DNA from: Balanoglossus misakiensis
Lineage: Eukaryota; Animalia; Hemichordata
NCBI GenBank assembly: GCA_040954595.2
Contig: CM082579.2
Span: 7,243,625-7,307,624 of the forward strand
DNA: 64,000 nt
Reading direction: 5' to 3'
Shown here: piece after piece, positions 62,801 through 64,000 of the stretch
How positions within the stretch are numbered: the first letter of the stretch is position 1
How the letters are laid out: each line of letters begins with the position of its first letter
The notes under the pieces: model-generated
The model's input: only the letters and a program-made list of their open reading frames with translations
What the model was told of the DNA's origin: nothing
The model's database searches: none
Position numbers and translations under genes: made by a program

Positions 62801-64000
62801 TATAGCTCATGAAAATCTTCAAAAAATGACAATTTTTCGACATTGCGAAATCGCAAAATTTCTTCATTTTTTGATAAAAATCATGGGTTATAGCTCATGA
62901 AAATCATCAAAAAATGACAATTTTTCGACTTTGCGAAATCTCGAAATTTCTTCAATTTTTGAAAAAATCATGGGTTATAGCTCATGAAAATCATCAAAAT
63001 ATGACAATTTTTCGACTTTGCGAAATCTCGAAATTTCGTCGATTTTTGAAAAAAATCATGGGTTATAGCTCATGAAACTCTTCTAAAAATGACAATTTTT
63101 CGACATTGCGAAATCTCAAAATTTCTTCATTTTTTGATAAAAATCATGGGTTATAGCTCATGAAAATCATCAAAAATGACAATTTTCCGACTTTGCGAAA
63201 TCTCTAAATTTCTTCAATTTTTGAAAAAAAGTCATGGGTTATAGCTCATGAAAATCATCAAAATATGACCATTTTTCGACTTTGCGAAATCTCGAAATTT
63301 CGTCGATTTTTGAAAAAAATCATGGGTTATAGCTCATGAAAATCTTCAAAAAATGACAATTTTTCGACATTGCGAAATCTCAAAATTTCTTCATTTTTTG
63401 ATAAAAATCAGGGGTTATAGCTCATGAAAATCATCAAAAAATGACAATTTTTCGACTTTCGAAATCTCTAAATTTCTTCAATTTTTGAAAAAAATCATGG
63501 GTTATAGCTCATGAAAATCATCAAAATATGACAATTTTTCGACTTTGCGAAATCTCGAAATTTCGTCGATTTTTGAAAAAAATCATGGGTTATAGCTCAT
63601 GAAACTCTTCTAAAAATGACAATTTTTCGACATTGCGAAATCTCAAAATTTCTTCATTTTTTGATAAAAATCATGGGTTATAGCTCATGAAAATCTTCAA
63701 AAAATGACAATTTTTCGACATTGCGAAATCTCAAAATTTCTTCATTTTTTGATAAAAATCAGGGGTTATAGCTCATGAAAATCATCAAAAAATGACAATT
63801 TTTCGACTTTGCGAAATCTCGAAATTTCGTCGATTTTTGAAAAAAATCATGGGTTATAGCTCATGAAAATCATCAAAAAATGACAATTTTTCGACTTTTC
63901 GAAATCTCGAAATTTCGTCGATTTTAGAAAAAATCATGGGTTATAGCTCATGAAAATCATCAAAATATGACAATTTTTCGACCTTGCGAAATCTCGAAAT
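59829..64000. repeat. ~88-bp satellite array (~47 monomers, runs off window end) with higher-order structure
   Basis: Monomer atcatgggttatagctcatgaaaatcatcaaaaaatgacaatttttcgactttgcgaaatctcgaaatttcgtcgatttttgaaaaaa; starts at 60247, 60334, 60422, 60510 and onward; first few monomers more diverged. Confidence 0.98.

Noticed and set aside
59829-64000. CENP-B box in the satellite (ttcgactttgcgaaa)
   Set aside because: Spacing and 3' bases do not fit the TTCG-N4-A-N2-CGGG consensus.

Overview
Intron-containing genomic DNA from an animal, probably a marine invertebrate deuterostome; the species cannot be fixed from the sequence. Most short ORFs in the supplied track are spurious, so I rebuilt gene models by hand from GT-AG junctions with phase checks. 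Left to right: (1) 3' kinase exons of a doublecortin-like kinase (+); (2) ST13/Hip (-), with a complete sarcalumenin gene nested antisense in intron 8; (3) XPNPEP3 (+), head-to-head with ST13; (4) the head-to-head purine pair PPAT (-)/PAICS (+) with a motif-rich shared promoter; (5) an ~888-aa secreted mosaic protein (-; PAN-EGF-TSP1-WSC-WSC-WxxW-WSC-FA58C) with two unusual intradomain insertions; (6) a repeat-rich candidate spliced non-coding or micropeptide unit; (7) an intronless sulfotransferase (-) bracketed by a ~370-bp direct repeat with fold-back ends; (8) a second mosaic lectin-like gene (+; PAN-HYR-HYR-CTL-pentraxin-F-lectin-like, incomplete), whose last visible intron holds a (TACA)n tract and an ~88-bp satellite with a 1580-bp (18-mer) higher-order repeat. 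Best candidates for novelty: the nested SRL-in-ST13 arrangement, the stalk-and-tip insertion in the WxxW domain, the repeat-bracketed SULT cassette and the intronic higher-order satellite.
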